NCBI GenBank assembly: GCA_009914755.4 | Contig: CP086569.2 | Coordinates: forward strand, 8,384,001-8,448,000 | From: the human T2T-CHM13v2.0 reference genome, Homo sapiens | Direction: 5' to 3' | DNA: 64,000 bases | In this document: positions 63,126 to 64,000 of the stretch, piece by piece | How positions within the stretch are numbered: position 1 is the first letter of the stretch | How the letters are laid out: each line of letters begins with the position of its first letter | Position numbers and translations under genes: made by a program | The notes under the pieces: model-generated | Told to the model about the DNA's origin: nothing | Seen by the model: the letters and a program-made list of their open reading frames with translations, nothing else | Databases searched by the model: none

Positions 63126-64000
63126 GAAGCATCACATCATTGTCCAAGTCACCATGTCAGCAATTAAAATGCCTTTCTAGCATGGTATTTAGTGAACATG
63201 TAACATGAGACATTTAAAACTGCTCATAATTTACCTACAGGATTTTAGTTTCCCCAGATGATCTGCTAAGTTGATCAAGTAGATACAAATTTGGGGCCAT
63301 ATTAAGCATAAAAGTGTGTTTGAAAGATTCTAACAGTATTTGAGGAGCCATTAACAATTATTATGCAAGTATATATTAGGAACCTAAAAGTTTCTTCTTT
63401 TTTCTGCCATTTCGTCTTGCTAACATAGTCTAATGAGGTCCAGCATATTTCCTAGATTAAGAGACAGCAGTTATTCAGAACATCAATTTAACCACTCAGG
63501 AATAACAATTTTATAAGGTATCATAATTGTTTTCTTGGCTGAATCCCCAACTTGCAATGTTAGTGTGAAGATTTTATATTCATTAAGTTTGCTCCTATAT
63601 TCATTTTATTGAGCTAAATGTGAGATAGAATGCTCACCAGAAGCGACTTTATCTGTTTTTTATGTGATTTTTATATTTTAAGTCTAGAGTCAATGTGTAG
63701 AAATCAAAATCCGTGGGAGTTTCTTAGAGGGACTGCTTTGATTCAATCAAGTCTCCTTAACATGCATTTCTTATGTGTCAAACTCTGAGTTAGGAGATCT
63801 GCCAGACAGATATGCAGAAAAAGAATCAGCTACATGCTCTGGTCTCAAAGAAAATGGCTTCAGCGTTAGATTGTTTACATAGTAATGGTCTAATGTATTA
63901 TCTACACAGTAGTGATAAAAGTTAGAACTGGACATGGTAGATACATTAGATCTATTTGTTAAATAGACTTTATAAACATTTTCTGAACAAATGAACAAAT

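Overview
This window is primate genomic DNA, not a prokaryotic locus. I place it in primates because it contains many Alu SINEs and an old L1 3' end. Two things fill it. (1) Positions 1 to about 47,480 are a head-to-tail tandem array of 21 copies of one roughly 2.4-2.5 kb unit, all on the + strand. Every unit carries the same landmarks: a poly-T tract, a (CA)n microsatellite and a recurring 'tttttttgcaggtgaag' motif. Neighbouring units differ by roughly 20-25% by eye, so the array is old, not a freshly homogenised satellite. The array is truncated at the window start and ends abruptly inside a unit at about 47,480. Several units carry clear structural variants. These are local amplifications of one sub-block (units 1 and 12), deletions (units 3, 8, 9/10, 15, 19, 20) and a near-identical inverted duplication of about 777 bp reinserted inside unit 11, giving a palindrome with one breakpoint in the (CA)n tract. 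I cannot assign the unit to a named repeat family from memory; a Dfam or RepeatMasker search is needed. (2) Positions 47,481 to 64,000 are AT-rich, CpG-poor, unique or interspersed-repeat sequence. It contains about nine Alu copies in both orientations, one L1 3' fragment and several simple-sequence tracts: A33, (TATC)n, (TA)n, a roughly 250-bp GA-rich purine tract grown from an Alu tail, and (ATA)n. I found no supportable protein-coding gene, tRNA, rRNA, CRISPR array or operon-like system. The supplied ORFs are short, not conserved between array units, and often lie over Alu or low-complexity DNA. The structural features of the macrosatellite array are the observations most worth follow-up.
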